Shown: positions 34,161 to 44,743, numbered from the stretch's first letter. The stretch is DNA of 64,000 nt from Acidobacteriota bacterium (GCA_031393555.1 JANMVW010000171.1:3334-67333), one strand, 5' to 3'. The notes: generated from the sequence alone by a model not told the origin. Numbers and translations are program-made.

Positions 34161-35537
34161 TCAGGTCCGTGTCGAAGCCGGCGCGACCAATCCGCTCCGG
34201 GCAAGGTGCGCGACGTCGTAGTCGCCGCGAGCGAAAGCGGCATCGTCGAGCAAGCGCAGGTGCAACGGAATCGTCGTTTTGATCCCCTCCACGCGGAAGG
34301 ACCCCAAGGCCTCCTTGGAGGCCGCGATCGCCTCCTCGCGCGTCGCCGCATGGACGATCACCTTGCCGATCAGCGAGTCGTAGTGCGAGGGCACGCGCCA
34401 CCCGGCGGCGACCCCGGCATCCCAGCGCACCGTGGCCCCCGGCCGCGAAACCGTGGGCGCCACGACGGCGGTGACCAATCCCGGATCCGGGCGGAAGCCC
34501 CGATCGGGATCCTCGGCGTTGATTCGAAATTCGATCGCGTGCCCGTGGAAGACGACCTCGGTTTGACGTACCGACAAAGGCTCTCCCGCGGCGATCGCCA
34601 ACTGCGCCTTCACCAGATCGATGCCGGTCACCATCTCGGTGACGGGGTGCTCGACTTGAAGGCGCGTGTTCATCTCCATGAAGTACAGGCTGCCGTCCGC
34701 GGCGCGCAGGAACTCGAGCGTCCCGGCATTGACGTATCCGAACGAGGCGGAAGCCCGCGCGGCGCGTACGCCCAGATCCGCCCGCGCGATCGGGGTGAGC
34801 GCGGGTGAGGGCGACTCCTCGACGAGCTTTTGGTGGCTCCTTTGGATCGAACACTCCCTCTCGCCGAGATGGACGACGTTACCGTACGCGTCGGCCAAGA
34901 CCTGGAACTCGATGTGCCGTCCGCCCTCCAGGTACTTCTCGAGATACAGCTCGGCGTTTCCAAACGCCTTGTCCGCTTCGAGGGCGGCTTCGGCGAAGGC
35001 GCGTGCCAACTGCGTCGCGTCGTCGCATCGCCGCATCCCCTTCCCGCCGCCTCCGGCGGTCGCTTTCAACAGGACCGGATAGCCCACCTCGCCGGCCAAC
35101 TCCGCGGCGTGCGCGGCCGAGGTCAGTGGGTGGAGCGACCCCGGAATCGTCGGCACCTTGGCCTCGGCCATCGTTCGCTTGGCGCGGATCTTGTCCCCCA
35201 TCCGCGCTATCGCCTCGGGGCCTGGGCCGATAAAAGCGATCCCGTGTTGGGCACAACGCGCCGCGAAGACCGCGTTTTCGGAAAGAAACCCGTAGCCCGG
35301 GTGGATGGCGCTCGCCTCGGTCTGCTCGGCGGCCTGCAGGATCGCATCGGCGTCCAGGTACGAACGCGCGGCAGCTGCGGGACCGAGGCAAACCGTGCGT
35401 CCCGCGCGTGTTAACCAGGGGGCGTTCGCATCCGCCTCGGAGTAAACCGCGACGGTGTCCAGTCCGAGTTCGCAACACGCGCGAATGACGCGCGCGGCGA
35501 TCTCGCCGCGATTCGCGATCAGAACCCGTTGGAACAA
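34161..35537 (-). CDS. accC: Biotin carboxylase (AccC-like)
   Basis: (M)[20 protein letters not shown]..., an ATP-grasp domain, and [16 protein letters not shown] are present. The start is placed at TTG 35537, behind a GGAGGG RBS. TTG 35552 is an alternative start. Confidence 0.9.
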   Translation of the reverse strand: MFQRVLIANRGEIAARVIRACCELGLDTVAVYSEADANAPWLTRAGRTVCLGPAAAARSYLDADAILQAAEQTEASAIHPGYGFLSENAVFAARCAQHGIAFIGPGPEAIARMGDKIRAKRTMAEAKVPTIPGSLHPLTSAAHAAELAGEVGYPVLLKATAGGGGKGMRRCDDATQLARAFAEAALEADKAFGNAELYLEKYLEGGRHIEFQVLADAYGNVVHLGERECSIQRSHQKLVEESPSPALTPIARADLGVRAARASASFGYVNAGTLEFLRAADGSLYFMEMNTRLQVEHPVTEMVTGIDLVKAQLAIAAGEPLSVRQTEVVFHGHAIEFRINAEDPDRGFRPDPGLVTAVVAPTVSRPGATVRWDAGVAAGWRVPSHYDSLIGKVIVHAATREEAIAASKEALGSFRVEGIKTTIPLHLRLLDDAAFARGDYDVAHLARSGLVAPASTRT

Positions 35538-35627
35538 AGCGCCCTCCGCCAAACGACGCGAGAGTCTAACACCCCCGCGTCGGAGGCGGATTGCTACACT
35601 GGGGTCGTCGCTCCGGAGGAATCACCC

Positions 35628-36836
35628 ATGGCCGCCACGACCGTGTTGTCCCATCGTGCACGCATCATGCCCGCGAGCCCGATCCGGCGGCTCGCACCGC
35701 TAGCCGCCAGAGCCGCCGCCGCCGGAAAGACCCTTTACGCGCTGAACATCGGGCAACCCGACATCGAGACTCCTCGGGCCATCCTGGATCGACTGCGCGG
35801 ATACGACGCGAGGCTCATCCCCTACGGACCTTCCCAGGGACTCCCCGAGTTCATCGACGCGCTGTGCTTCTATTACAAGAGCGTCGGTCTCGTGGTCACC
35901 CCCGCCGAGGTCTTCGTGACCACCGCGGGAAGCGAGGCGATCCTGTTCACGCTCGGCGCGATCTGCGACCCCGGTGACGAGGTTCTCGTCTTCGAGCCGT
36001 TCTACACGAACTACAACGGGTTCGCGGCGATGGTCGGAGTCTTGCCCGTCCCCGTGACGACGCGCGCGGAGGACGGCTACCACCTGCCCGATCGGTCGGC
36101 GATCGAAGCCAAGATCGGACCCCGGACACGCGGCATCCTGATCTGCTCGCCCAACAACCCGACCGGCACCGTCTACACCGACGCCGAGATGGCTCTGCTC
36201 GCTTCGATCTGCCGTGAGCGAGGCCTCTACCTCATCGCCGATGAGGTCTACCGTGAGTTCGTCTACGACGGGGCGAAGCACCACTCGGCCTTGACCCTCG
36301 AGGGACTCGACGATCAGGTGATCGTCGTGGATAGCGTCTCGAAGCGCTACTCGCTCTGCGGCGTCCGCATCGGAAACGTGGTGACACGCAATCGCGAACT
36401 GATGGACGCATTGTTGCGCTTCGGTCAAGCGCGCCTCTGCCCGCCGACGTTGGGCCAATACGCCTGCACGGCGCTGACCGAGGTCCCGAAAGACTACATC
36501 GCCGGAGTGATCGCCGAGTACGAGAAACGGCGCGACGTCGTATTCGAGGCGCTCGATGCCCTTCCCGGCGTGCTGGTCCGGAAACCCGAGGGAGCGTTCT
36601 ATCTCTGCGCCCGGATTCCCGTGGACGACGCCAACAGGTTCGCGGAATTTCTCGTGCGCGATTTCGACTTGGACGGCGAAACCGTGACGATCGCCCCGGC
36701 CGATGGGTTTTACGCGACCCCCGGCCTCGGGCGAGACGAGGTCCGCATCGCCTACGTCCTCGATGAGACCCGGCTCCGCCGCGCCATGACGATTTTCGCT
36801 AAGGCGCTCGAGGTGTACCCGGGACGGACGCTCTAG
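35628..36836 (+). CDS. Class I/II pyridoxal-phosphate aminotransferase (aspartate/aromatic type)
   Basis: MPASPIRRLAPLA, LNIGQPD, PNNPTG and the SVSKRYSLCGVRIG PLP-Lys motif are present. A GGAGGA RBS lies 7 nt before ATG 35628. Confidence 0.85.
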   Translation: MAATTVLSHRARIMPASPIRRLAPLAARAAAAGKTLYALNIGQPDIETPRAILDRLRGYDARLIPYGPSQGLPEFIDALCFYYKSVGLVVTPAEVFVTTAGSEAILFTLGAICDPGDEVLVFEPFYTNYNGFAAMVGVLPVPVTTRAEDGYHLPDRSAIEAKIGPRTRGILICSPNNPTGTVYTDAEMALLASICRERGLYLIADEVYREFVYDGAKHHSALTLEGLDDQVIVVDSVSKRYSLCGVRIGNVVTRNRELMDALLRFGQARLCPPTLGQYACTALTEVPKDYIAGVIAEYEKRRDVVFEALDALPGVLVRKPEGAFYLCARIPVDDANRFAEFLVRDFDLDGETVTIAPADGFYATPGLGRDEVRIAYVLDETRLRRAMTIFAKALEVYPGRTL

Positions 36837-37798
36837 CGCCCGGAATCGCGGTGCGCGCGCTCCAACCCGACGGCGGCGGCAAGGAGGGGTACGTTGATCT
36901 CGTGGTGGCCGGTGAGCGAAAAGCTCCTCCCCCTGCCAAGCGTCGGCCTCCGGAGGACATTTTCGTCGGTGCGGTAATGACGGATCATGTCCAAGTTGGC
37001 GGTCGCGAAGCCCGAGAGCGCGTGCCCGAGGTTCTCGGCGATCGACACCGCCTTCAGGAAAACCTCGGGGAGTTGTACCGCCGATCCCAGGTTGATCCAA
37101 ACGCCCCCCGAGAGCGACGAGACGATCGTGACGAGCTTGCGGAAGTCGGTGAAGGTGGCCGCGCCGATCGCGGCGCCGTCGGCGGACGGGTGCTGGTGAA
37201 CGATGTCGCTTCCGATCGCGACGTGCACCGTCACCGGAACGCCGAGTTCGAACGCACGGGCGAGCAAGCTCGCCGCGCGGTGCGGCATCGCGGCAGCAAC
37301 GATGCGTCTCCCGAGGACTTCGCCGAAACCGAGCCCCGACGCGCTAGCCTCTTTCGCCGCCTCGTTCAACTCGCGCCCGGTCTCGTCCGCCATCCCATAG
37401 CGTCCCTCGTGCAGCCCGCGGCCCACGTCCTCGGATGTCGCCCCGATCGCCGCGATCTCCCAGTCGTGGATCGCGCCCGCTCCGGTGAGAGCGAGCGCGG
37501 AAATCGTCCCCTCCTCCATCATGCCGATGAGGACCGGCGCCAGACCGACCTTGACCACGTGGGCTCCCGCCGCCACCACGACCGGATGGTCCTCGGCGCG
37601 CGCCTGGACGATCGCCGCGGCGAGCTCCCTCAAGACCTTCACCGCGAGCACGTCAGGCAAGCCGTCGAGGAAATCACCCAGCGACGACGAAGCCGCGACC
37701 GGTCGGGCGAACTCGTCGACACGGACTTTGTTCGACCGCGAGGCCAGCGGGTAGGTCGTCACGCGCGACAAGTCGGCCGGGAGCACGGGCTTCGGCAT
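36833..37798 (-). CDS. Deoxyhypusine-synthase-like (DHS-like NAD-binding fold) family protein, function unknown
   Basis: The only support is loose pattern resemblance (…ISALALTGAGAIHDWEIA…, …VPVTVHVAIGSDIVHQHP…). The assignment is tentative. Confidence 0.4.
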   Translation of the reverse strand: MPKPVLPADLSRVTTYPLASRSNKVRVDEFARPVAASSSLGDFLDGLPDVLAVKVLRELAAAIVQARAEDHPVVVAAGAHVVKVGLAPVLIGMMEEGTISALALTGAGAIHDWEIAAIGATSEDVGRGLHEGRYGMADETGRELNEAAKEASASGLGFGEVLGRRIVAAAMPHRAASLLARAFELGVPVTVHVAIGSDIVHQHPSADGAAIGAATFTDFRKLVTIVSSLSGGVWINLGSAVQLPEVFLKAVSIAENLGHALSGFATANLDMIRHYRTDENVLRRPTLGRGRSFSLTGHHEINVPLLAAAVGLERAHRDSGR

Positions 37799-37841
37799 CG
37801 GGACCCTCCGAATTCGGACCGACAGGATACCCCGCCGTCCC

Positions 37842-38873
37842 CTAGGCGCGCGCAGGCCCGACCACCGTGCGATCGACCGCCTCCGCGATGCGCCGCACGC
37901 CGCGCATCATCGCCTCGAAGCCCTCGATCGTCAGACTCTGACGGCCGTCCGATACCGCGCGCTCCGGGTCGTCGTGAACCTCGACCAGCAGGCCGTCGGC
38001 GCCTGCGGCGACGGCGGCGCGTGAAAGCGCGCCCACCCATTCCCGCTTTCCGGCCGCGTGCGAAGGGTCGACGATGACCGGCAGATGGCTGCGCTCGCGC
38101 AGCACCGGAACGGCGCTGACATCGAGCGTGTTTCGTGTGGCCGTCTCAAAGGTTCGAATTCCGCGCTCGCAGAGGATGACACGGGGGTTGCCGTGGGACA
38201 CGACGTACTCGGCGGCGTTCAGGAACTCGTCGATCGTCGCCATGTGGCTTCGCTTGATAAGAACTGGTTTGGGCTGCCGGCCGCAGGCCGCCAGCAAACG
38301 AAAGTTCTGCATGCTGCGCGCGCCGATTTGCAGCACGTCGACATAGCGCGCGCAAAGCTCCACGTCCTCCGGTCCCACGACCTCGGAGACGACGGGTAGG
38401 CCCGTCTCCTCGCCTGCCGCGGCGAGCAGGCGCAGCCCATCCTCGCCCATCCCTTGGAAACCATACGGCGAGGTCCGGGGCTTGAAGGCCCCGCCCCGCA
38501 GCATCCGCGCTCCCGACGCGGCGACGCTCCGCGCGATCGAACGAATTTGCGCCTCGGACTCGACCGAACAGGGCCCCGCGATCACGACGATCTCGTCACC
38601 CCCGATCGTGACCCCCGACGCCCTCACGCGGGTCGTTTCAGGATGGTACGCGCGCGAGACGAGCGCGTAGGGTGGTACGTCGTGCCGTGTTTCGCGGACT
38701 CCGGGCATCGTCGCGAGACGTTCAGCGAGGCCTGGCGGGGCGGCGCCGAGAACGCCCACGATCGTCTCGTCGCCCCGTACACCCACGGTGACTCGATAGC
38801 CGTCAGACTCGAGGAGGCGGACGACGTCGGCCTTCTGCTTGAGGGTGCATTCCCGACTGAGGATCGCGATCAT
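37842..38873 (-). CDS. aroF: 3-deoxy-7-phosphoheptulonate (DAHP) synthase, type I-beta with N-terminal ferredoxin-like regulatory domain
   Basis: [37 protein letters not shown] and [13 protein letters not shown] are present. ATG 38873 overlaps the trpA stop (ATGA). The ORF-track 5' extension was discarded. Confidence 0.9.
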   Translation of the reverse strand: MIAILSRECTLKQKADVVRLLESDGYRVTVGVRGDETIVGVLGAAPPGLAERLATMPGVRETRHDVPPYALVSRAYHPETTRVRASGVTIGGDEIVVIAGPCSVESEAQIRSIARSVAASGARMLRGGAFKPRTSPYGFQGMGEDGLRLLAAAGEETGLPVVSEVVGPEDVELCARYVDVLQIGARSMQNFRLLAACGRQPKPVLIKRSHMATIDEFLNAAEYVVSHGNPRVILCERGIRTFETATRNTLDVSAVPVLRERSHLPVIVDPSHAAGKREWVGALSRAAVAAGADGLLVEVHDDPERAVSDGRQSLTIEGFEAMMRGVRRIAEAVDRTVVGPARA

Positions 38874-39673
38874 GGACACGTTCCTGCGGACCTCTGCCGG
38901 TCTCCAAGGAGCCCGGCGAGGAAAACCCCCGGACTCTCGCCCCGTTCGATCGCTGCGATCAGCGCCGAACCGACCACGACGCCATCGGCCGGAGGGACCA
39001 ACGCCGCAACGTCTTCGCGGGTCCGTACTCCGAATCCGGCGAGAATTGGACGCGCGGTGGCCGCACGCACGCGCTCGAGGTAGGCGGTGAAATCCGTCCA
39101 TGCGTCGATCCGGCCCCCGGTTGTACCCGTGACGGTCACGGCGTAAACGAACCCGTCGCTCTCGGCGCCGATGCGGTCGAGGCGCGGTACCGGGGTCGCC
39201 GGCGTCACCATCTGGACGAATGCGAGCCCAGCCGCGCGGAACGTCGGCCGGAGGCGCCCCTGCTCCTCGAGGGGCAGATCCGGCACAATGAATCCAGACA
39301 CGCCCGTCGCCGCCGCATCGCGTGCCAGGCGCGTTAGGCCGTACGCCAGAAGCGGGTTCAGGTAGCTCATGATGACGACCGGCGTCGAGAACGACGGGAG
39401 CGAGGCGGCGAGCGCCTGAAGTGTCCAATCCAACGTCGTCCCATCCAGGAGCGCGACGCGACTCGCGCGCTGAATCGTGACGCCGTCCGCCATCGGATCG
39501 GAAAAAGGGACGCCGACCTCGAGGACGTCAGCAGCGGCGGACGCCGCGCGCAGCAGACCGGGAAACGTGGCGCGCGACGGAAAGCCCGCGGTTAGGTATG
39601 CGGCGACCGCCGGTCGCCCGGCGTTTCTTGCCTTCAAGATGGCTGAGGCGATGCGATTTCCCCCTTGGGTCAT
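38870..39673 (-). CDS. trpA: Tryptophan synthase alpha chain
   Basis: [32 protein letters not shown] and [10 protein letters not shown] are present. ATG 39673 overlaps the trpB stop. Confidence 0.9.
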   Translation of the reverse strand: MTQGGNRIASAILKARNAGRPAVAAYLTAGFPSRATFPGLLRAASAAADVLEVGVPFSDPMADGVTIQRASRVALLDGTTLDWTLQALAASLPSFSTPVVIMSYLNPLLAYGLTRLARDAAATGVSGFIVPDLPLEEQGRLRPTFRAAGLAFVQMVTPATPVPRLDRIGAESDGFVYAVTVTGTTGGRIDAWTDFTAYLERVRAATARPILAGFGVRTREDVAALVPPADGVVVGSALIAAIERGESPGVFLAGLLGDRQRSAGTCP

Positions 39674-40857
39674 CGGCCCGTCTCCATGAGCGTGGGCAGG
39701 TCTTTGTCCCCCCGCCCCGAGAGTCCCAAAAGGATCAGTGCGCCGGGCCGCATCGACGCGAGCCGTTTTGCGCCCGCGAGCGCGTGCGCGGATTCGAGAG
39801 CCGGGAGGATGCCTTCGAGCGTGCAACACGCGCTAAACGCCGCGAGCGCTTGGTCATCACTCACCGGCTCGTAGTGGGCGCGGCCCGAACTCGCGAGAAA
39901 CGCGTGCTCGGGCCCCACTCCCGGGTAGTCGAGGCCGGCCGCGATCGAATGCGTGTCCCGTATTTGCCCATCCGCGTCCTGAAGGAGCAGCGAGAGCGCA
40001 CCGTGCAGAACGCCCGGCGTCCCGCGCGCGATCGTTGCGGCATGATCCCCGGTGGCGCTGCCGCGCCCGCCCGCCTCGAACCCATGCAACGCCACGCCGT
40101 CGTCGTCGATAAACGCGTGAAACAGCCCGATTGCGTTGGATCCACCACCCACGCACGCGGCTACGGCATCGGGGAGCGTGCCCCGTGCCGTTTGGAGCTG
40201 CTCACGCGCCTCGCGGCCGATCACCGCTTGAAACGTGCGCACCAAGAAGGGATACGGGTGTGGCCCGACCGCCGATCCGATGAGGTAGTAGGTTCCTTCG
40301 GGATCCGACACCCAGTCTCTCAGCGCCTCGTCGATTGCGGCACGCAGCGTGGCATCTCCCGAGGCCACGGGGATCAACTCCGCGCCGAAGCGTCGAATGC
40401 GTTCCGCGTTGGGTGCCTGGCGGACCACATCCCGGGCTCCCATATAAACGCGGCAGGCCAGCCCGAGGCGCGCGCACGCCGCGGCAACGGCGACCCCATG
40501 CTGCCCCGCCCCCGTCTCGGCGACGACGCGCGTGGCGCCGAGTCGTTTCGCCAGCATCGCCTGGCCCAGAGCGTTATTGATCTTGTGCGCACCGGTATGC
40601 GCGAGATCCTCGCGCTTCAGCCAGATCTCGGCGTCCCAGGCTCGCGATAAGCGTCGCGCGGGGCACAACGGGGTGGGCCGACCGACCCATTCGGCCAGAT
40701 CCCTGTCCAGCGCGGAAATGAACGACCGATCGGACAGAGCGTCCTGAGCGACGCTCGTCAGGCGCGCGAGTGCCGTCATCAGTGTTTCGGGAACAAATCT
40801 CCCTCCGAAAGATCCGAATCGACCTTCGGCGTCGGGTACGACCGCTGGACTCGTCAT
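39670..40857 (-). CDS. trpB: Tryptophan synthase beta chain
   Basis: GRFGSFGGRFVPETLM, LKREDLAHTGAHKINN (PLP Lys) and GGGSNAIG are present. Confidence 0.95.
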   Translation of the reverse strand: MTSPAVVPDAEGRFGSFGGRFVPETLMTALARLTSVAQDALSDRSFISALDRDLAEWVGRPTPLCPARRLSRAWDAEIWLKREDLAHTGAHKINNALGQAMLAKRLGATRVVAETGAGQHGVAVAAACARLGLACRVYMGARDVVRQAPNAERIRRFGAELIPVASGDATLRAAIDEALRDWVSDPEGTYYLIGSAVGPHPYPFLVRTFQAVIGREAREQLQTARGTLPDAVAACVGGGSNAIGLFHAFIDDDGVALHGFEAGGRGSATGDHAATIARGTPGVLHGALSLLLQDADGQIRDTHSIAAGLDYPGVGPEHAFLASSGRAHYEPVSDDQALAAFSACCTLEGILPALESAHALAGAKRLASMRPGALILLGLSGRGDKDLPTLMETGR

Positions 40858-41684
40858 CGCGCCACCTCGCGTTGCGCCGCGGCATCTCGGCCGGACGCGA
40901 TCATCTTCGAAAGCAGGGGGACCGGATCGTCGGCACGCATCAGCGCCGCGCCGACCAGCGCCACGCTGTAGCCGAGTCGGGCGACGCGGGCTGCGTCCTT
41001 TCGTGTTGCGATCCCGCTCTCTGCGACGAGACGTAAACCAGCGGGAGCGTGACGGGCGAGCGATGCATGCCGGCTCCGATCGATCGCAAGCGTCGCAAGA
41101 TCTCGGGCGTTCACGCCGAGAAGCCCGGCCCCACCCGCGTCATCGAGTGCGCCAACCGCGCGGTCGAGATCGTCGAGGTCGAACGCTTCGACCAAAACAA
41201 ACAGCTTCATCGACTCGGCGGTGGCGATCATTTCCGCCAGGAGGGCGGCATCCAAAAGACGAGCGATCAATAAAACACCGGAGGCCCCGTGGGCTCCCGC
41301 CTCGACCACCTGATACGGTTCGACGAGAAAGTCCTTGCGCATCGTGGGGAGCCCGCATTGTCCTGAGATGTCGGTGAGCGCCTCGAGCGAGCCCGAAAAC
41401 GCGGTGGGCTCGGTCACAACGGAGACCGCGCAGGCACCGCCGCTCGCGTAGGCGGCGCCGGACTCCGATGCGTCGCGGGAGCCCTTCGCGAGCATTTGTC
41501 CCAGCGACGGGCTGCGCGGCTTGAACTCGGCGAACACGTCGAAGCCCGACGCGTGGTGACGCAGAGACTTCGGGGCAGGGCGCATACTCGCGCGCCGCAA
41601 GAGCTCCGCTTCACCGATGCGCGCCTTGGCTGAGCGCACACGCCGTCGGCTGGCCGCAACCATGCCGGCGAGAAAGTCAGACAT
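40854..41684 (-). CDS. trpC: Indole-3-glycerol phosphate synthase (monofunctional)
   Basis: FAEFKPRSPS, AVSVVTEPTAFSGS, PTMRKDFLVEPYQV, LVEAFD, GVNARDL and ESGI are present. ATG 41684 overlaps the trpD end by 8 nt. Confidence 0.85.
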   Translation of the reverse strand: MSDFLAGMVAASRRRVRSAKARIGEAELLRRASMRPAPKSLRHHASGFDVFAEFKPRSPSLGQMLAKGSRDASESGAAYASGGACAVSVVTEPTAFSGSLEALTDISGQCGLPTMRKDFLVEPYQVVEAGAHGASGVLLIARLLDAALLAEMIATAESMKLFVLVEAFDLDDLDRAVGALDDAGGAGLLGVNARDLATLAIDRSRHASLARHAPAGLRLVAESGIATRKDAARVARLGYSVALVGAALMRADDPVPLLSKMIASGRDAAAQREVAR

Positions 41685-42708
41685 GGGTTTGTCCCGTGGC
41701 CCGTGCCCCGAACGCCGCGACCGAGGCGAGCAGCCGGGAAGCCCTTCCGTCATCGATCACGGCCGCCGCAACGACGATTCCTTCACTCATGTCGCGGCAT
41801 CGCCCGGACACCTCGAGCGCGAGCGCCGCGCCGAGCACCAAGGCGTCACGATGCGCGCCTCGCGCCCCGTGGAAAACATCGGAAAGCGCACGGGCATTCG
41901 TCGAGGCGTCGCCGCCCCGGAGGTCTTCTTGTTGGCAGCGCGCGAGCCCGAAACGGAGCGGATCACGCACTTCGGATACGACGCGGTTTGGGACCACCTC
42001 GAAAATGTGGAATGGTCCGATCGGGGTCGGCTCATCCCATCCCTCGCTTCCGTGAATGACGAAGGCGCGTTCGATCGAAAGGCCGGACAACGCGTGCGCC
42101 ATCGCACGGGCTGTCTGGAGAGAAGATGCGCCGATCACCGCGAACGGCGGGTCGGCCGGATTGCACAACGGGCCCAACAAGTTGAACACCGTGCGCGTGC
42201 CGAGCGCGCGACGCAACGGGCCCATCCCACGAAGCGCTTCGTGGAAGTACGGCGCGTGAAGGAACGTGAAACCGGTTGCCGCGAGGAGGGCGCGCGCGTC
42301 GTCGAGCGCCAGAGGGAGCGTCACGCCCAGCGCCGCCAGGACATCCGCGCTTCCCGATCGCGACGAAACCGCTCCACCGCCATGCTTGACCACGGGGGCT
42401 CCCGCAGCAGCCGCGAGAAGGGCAGCGCCTGTTGAGAGATTGAAGCTGCAGGCGCCGTCTCCACCGGTCCCCACGATGTCGACGAGGCCCGTACTCGCAC
42501 CGAACTCGCAAGGCAGCGCACGGGCCCGCATCGCACGGACCAATCCACGAATTTCCGTCGCGGTCTCCCCTTTTGCGCGCAGCGCCGCGAGGAGCGCGCC
42601 GACGACGGCCGCAGGTGTGGACGCCTCGGTGAGAACCGCGAAGAGATCTTCGGCCTCGCGCGGCCCGAGATCGCCGCCTTCCAAGAGGTGTTCCAGCATC
42701 GTCGTCAT
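41677..42708 (-). CDS. trpD: Anthranilate phosphoribosyltransferase
   Basis: LAALRAKGETATEIRG, VDIVGTGGDGACSFNLSTGAA, HGGGAVSSRSGSADVL and NLLGPLCNP are present. ATG 42708 overlaps the trpG stop. Confidence 0.9.
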   Translation of the reverse strand: MTTMLEHLLEGGDLGPREAEDLFAVLTEASTPAAVVGALLAALRAKGETATEIRGLVRAMRARALPCEFGASTGLVDIVGTGGDGACSFNLSTGAALLAAAAGAPVVKHGGGAVSSRSGSADVLAALGVTLPLALDDARALLAATGFTFLHAPYFHEALRGMGPLRRALGTRTVFNLLGPLCNPADPPFAVIGASSLQTARAMAHALSGLSIERAFVIHGSEGWDEPTPIGPFHIFEVVPNRVVSEVRDPLRFGLARCQQEDLRGGDASTNARALSDVFHGARGAHRDALVLGAALALEVSGRCRDMSEGIVVAAAVIDDGRASRLLASVAAFGARATGQTHV

Positions 42709-43286
42709 GACGCCTCGCTTTCGAGGAAGTTGGCGAGAAGCCGCTCGCCGCACGGAGTCAGCACGCTTTCGGGATGAAACTGAACGCCCTCGACCGGCAG
42801 GCGCCTGTGACGGAGGCCCATCACCTCGCCTTGCGAGGTGTAGGCGCACACCGCGAGATCCCGGGGGAGCGTCGCATCGTCCACGCAGAGCGAGTGATAT
42901 CGCCCCGCGGGAAACGGATTCGGGAGACCGGTATACAACGTGCGCCCGTCGTGGTAGACCGGCGATGCCTTGCCGTGAACGAGTCGTGGCGAAGCGACAA
43001 CGCGGCCACCGAGCACCAGAGCGAGCGCCTGGTGTCCAAGACACACGCCGAGAACGGGCACGCGTGGTAGCAGTGTTTCCAAGATCGAGAGCATTGCCCC
43101 GGCGTCTTCCGGGCGCCCGGGCCCCGGCGAGATCACGAGGTGGGTCGGCGCCAAATCGCGCGCCTCACGCGCCCCGATGACGTCGTTGCGGCGGACGTCC
43201 ACCTCGGCTCCCAACGCAAGAAATGCCTGGGCGAGATTCCAGGTGAAGGAGTCGTAGTTGTCGACGAGCAGGAGGTGCGCGTTCAC
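42705..43286 (-). CDS. trpG: Anthranilate synthase component II (glutamine amidotransferase)
   Basis: LLVDNYDSFTWNL, PVLGVCLGHQAL (catalytic Cys) and GVQFHPES are present. The GTG start overlaps the trpE stop (GTGA). Confidence 0.9.
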   Translation of the reverse strand: MNAHLLLVDNYDSFTWNLAQAFLALGAEVDVRRNDVIGAREARDLAPTHLVISPGPGRPEDAGAMLSILETLLPRVPVLGVCLGHQALALVLGGRVVASPRLVHGKASPVYHDGRTLYTGLPNPFPAGRYHSLCVDDATLPRDLAVCAYTSQGEVMGLRHRRLPVEGVQFHPESVLTPCGERLLANFLESEAS

Positions 43287-44662
43287 GATGCGCCCGCGGC
43301 GGCTATCGCCGCGCGCAGAGCCGCCGCCTTCGCCAGGACTTCGTCATGCTCGCGTTCGGGGTCGCTGTCGGCGACGATTCCGGCGCCAGCCTGAAACGAG
43401 ACTCGGCCCTCGGAGAAGACGAGCGTCCGGATGGCGAGCGCCTGGTCCATGACGCCGCCGTGTCCGAAGTAACCGACGCAGCCGGCGTAAAACCCGCGCG
43501 CCGAAGGCTCGATCGCGTCGATCAGCTCCATCGCGCGCACTTTCGGAGCTCCCGTGACCGTGCCGGCGGGAAATGCCGCGGCGAAGAGATCGAATGCGTC
43601 GCGCCCCGGCGCGAGGATGCCGCGCACGCCGGAGACCATGTGCATCACGTGGCTGTAGCGCTCGATCGATCGCGAGGGACGAACGGCAATCGAACCCGGG
43701 ACGGCGACCTTCCCCAAATCGTTCCGGGCGAGGTCGACGAGCATCACGTGCTCGGCCGCTTCCTTGGGGTCCGCGAGAAGCTCGCGCTCGAAAGCGGCGT
43801 CTTCCTGCTCGTCTCCGCCCCTCGGGCGTGTACCCGCGATGGGCCGGAGCGTCGCATCGCGTCCTTGGAGCTTGACCAGCGCTTCGGGCGAGCTCCCCAC
43901 GAGCTCGGTGCCCCCGAGACGAACGAAAAACGTATAGGGCGAGGGGTTGAGGATTCGTAGCGCACGGTAGACGGAGAACGCGTCGCCCTCGAACTCCGCC
44001 TCAAAACGCACCGACAGGACGAGTTGAAAGACCTCTCCCGCGCGGATCGCCTCCTTGCCGCGCAGGACGGCCGCGACGAACGCCCCGCGGTCGAGACTTG
44101 CGCGGGCGCACCCATCCGATCGTGAGGGCGGCTGCGGCGAAATGCCCGCGTGCAGCGCCCGCACAACCTGGGTGCGTAGATTGCTGCGCTCGGACGCTGT
44201 TCCGGCGTGCAAGAGCGCCGCATTGCGGGTCACGTGGTCGAAAATCAGAACGCTTCGTGGCGCGATGAACAGCGCGTCGGGCTCTGTCCCGCTGCGAGCG
44301 GCGTTGCAGGGAAGGCTCTCGAGCCTCCGCGTGGCGTCGAATCCAATCGCACCGACGAGACCGCCCGCAAACGGCAAACCGGAGGAGCCGGGGTCGAGCT
44401 GGGGCGCGGCCGCGAGCGCGGCGCGCAACGGGGCCAGCAGCCCTCGCGGGTCGGCTCGCGAACGACCTCCCCGCGTCTCGGGGATCGACGCCGCGACTCG
44501 GATTTCGTCGGCGTCGCCGAAGCCCAGAAACGAATAGCGTCCCACGCGCTCACCCCCCTCGACGCTTTCAAGGAGGAAACGCGGCGCGAACGACTCGAGC
44601 TTCAGGAACGCCGACACGGGCGTGTCCAGATCCGCCGGAATGTCAAAAGGCGTGTTGTCCAC
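43283..44662 (-). CDS. trpE: Anthranilate synthase component I
   Basis: LLESVEGG, a PIAGTRPRG-type region, HVMLVDLARNDLG, GAPKVRAMELI and GAGIVADSDPEREHDE are present. The start was re-called to GTG 44662, 8 nt after the GGAGGA RBS. The ORF-track start (44707) lies inside the attenuator hairpin. Confidence 0.9.
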   Translation of the reverse strand: MDNTPFDIPADLDTPVSAFLKLESFAPRFLLESVEGGERVGRYSFLGFGDADEIRVAASIPETRGGRSRADPRGLLAPLRAALAAAPQLDPGSSGLPFAGGLVGAIGFDATRRLESLPCNAARSGTEPDALFIAPRSVLIFDHVTRNAALLHAGTASERSNLRTQVVRALHAGISPQPPSRSDGCARASLDRGAFVAAVLRGKEAIRAGEVFQLVLSVRFEAEFEGDAFSVYRALRILNPSPYTFFVRLGGTELVGSSPEALVKLQGRDATLRPIAGTRPRGGDEQEDAAFERELLADPKEAAEHVMLVDLARNDLGKVAVPGSIAVRPSRSIERYSHVMHMVSGVRGILAPGRDAFDLFAAAFPAGTVTGAPKVRAMELIDAIEPSARGFYAGCVGYFGHGGVMDQALAIRTLVFSEGRVSFQAGAGIVADSDPEREHDEVLAKAAALRAAIAAAGAS

Positions 44663-44683
44663 GGCGTGATTCCTCCACGAGCC

Positions 44684-44719
44684 AAAAAAAAGGCCCATCT
44701 CCCGCAAAGGAGATGGGCC
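44684..44719 (-). terminator. Intrinsic terminator (attenuator) immediately upstream of the trpE RBS
   Basis: The minus strand reads GGCCCATCTCC-TTTGCG-GGAGATGGGCC followed by TTTTTTTT. That is a perfect 11-bp stem, a 6-nt loop and a U8 tract. Confidence 0.75.
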
Positions 44720-44743
44720 GGTTGAATCGTCAGATTCGAGACG

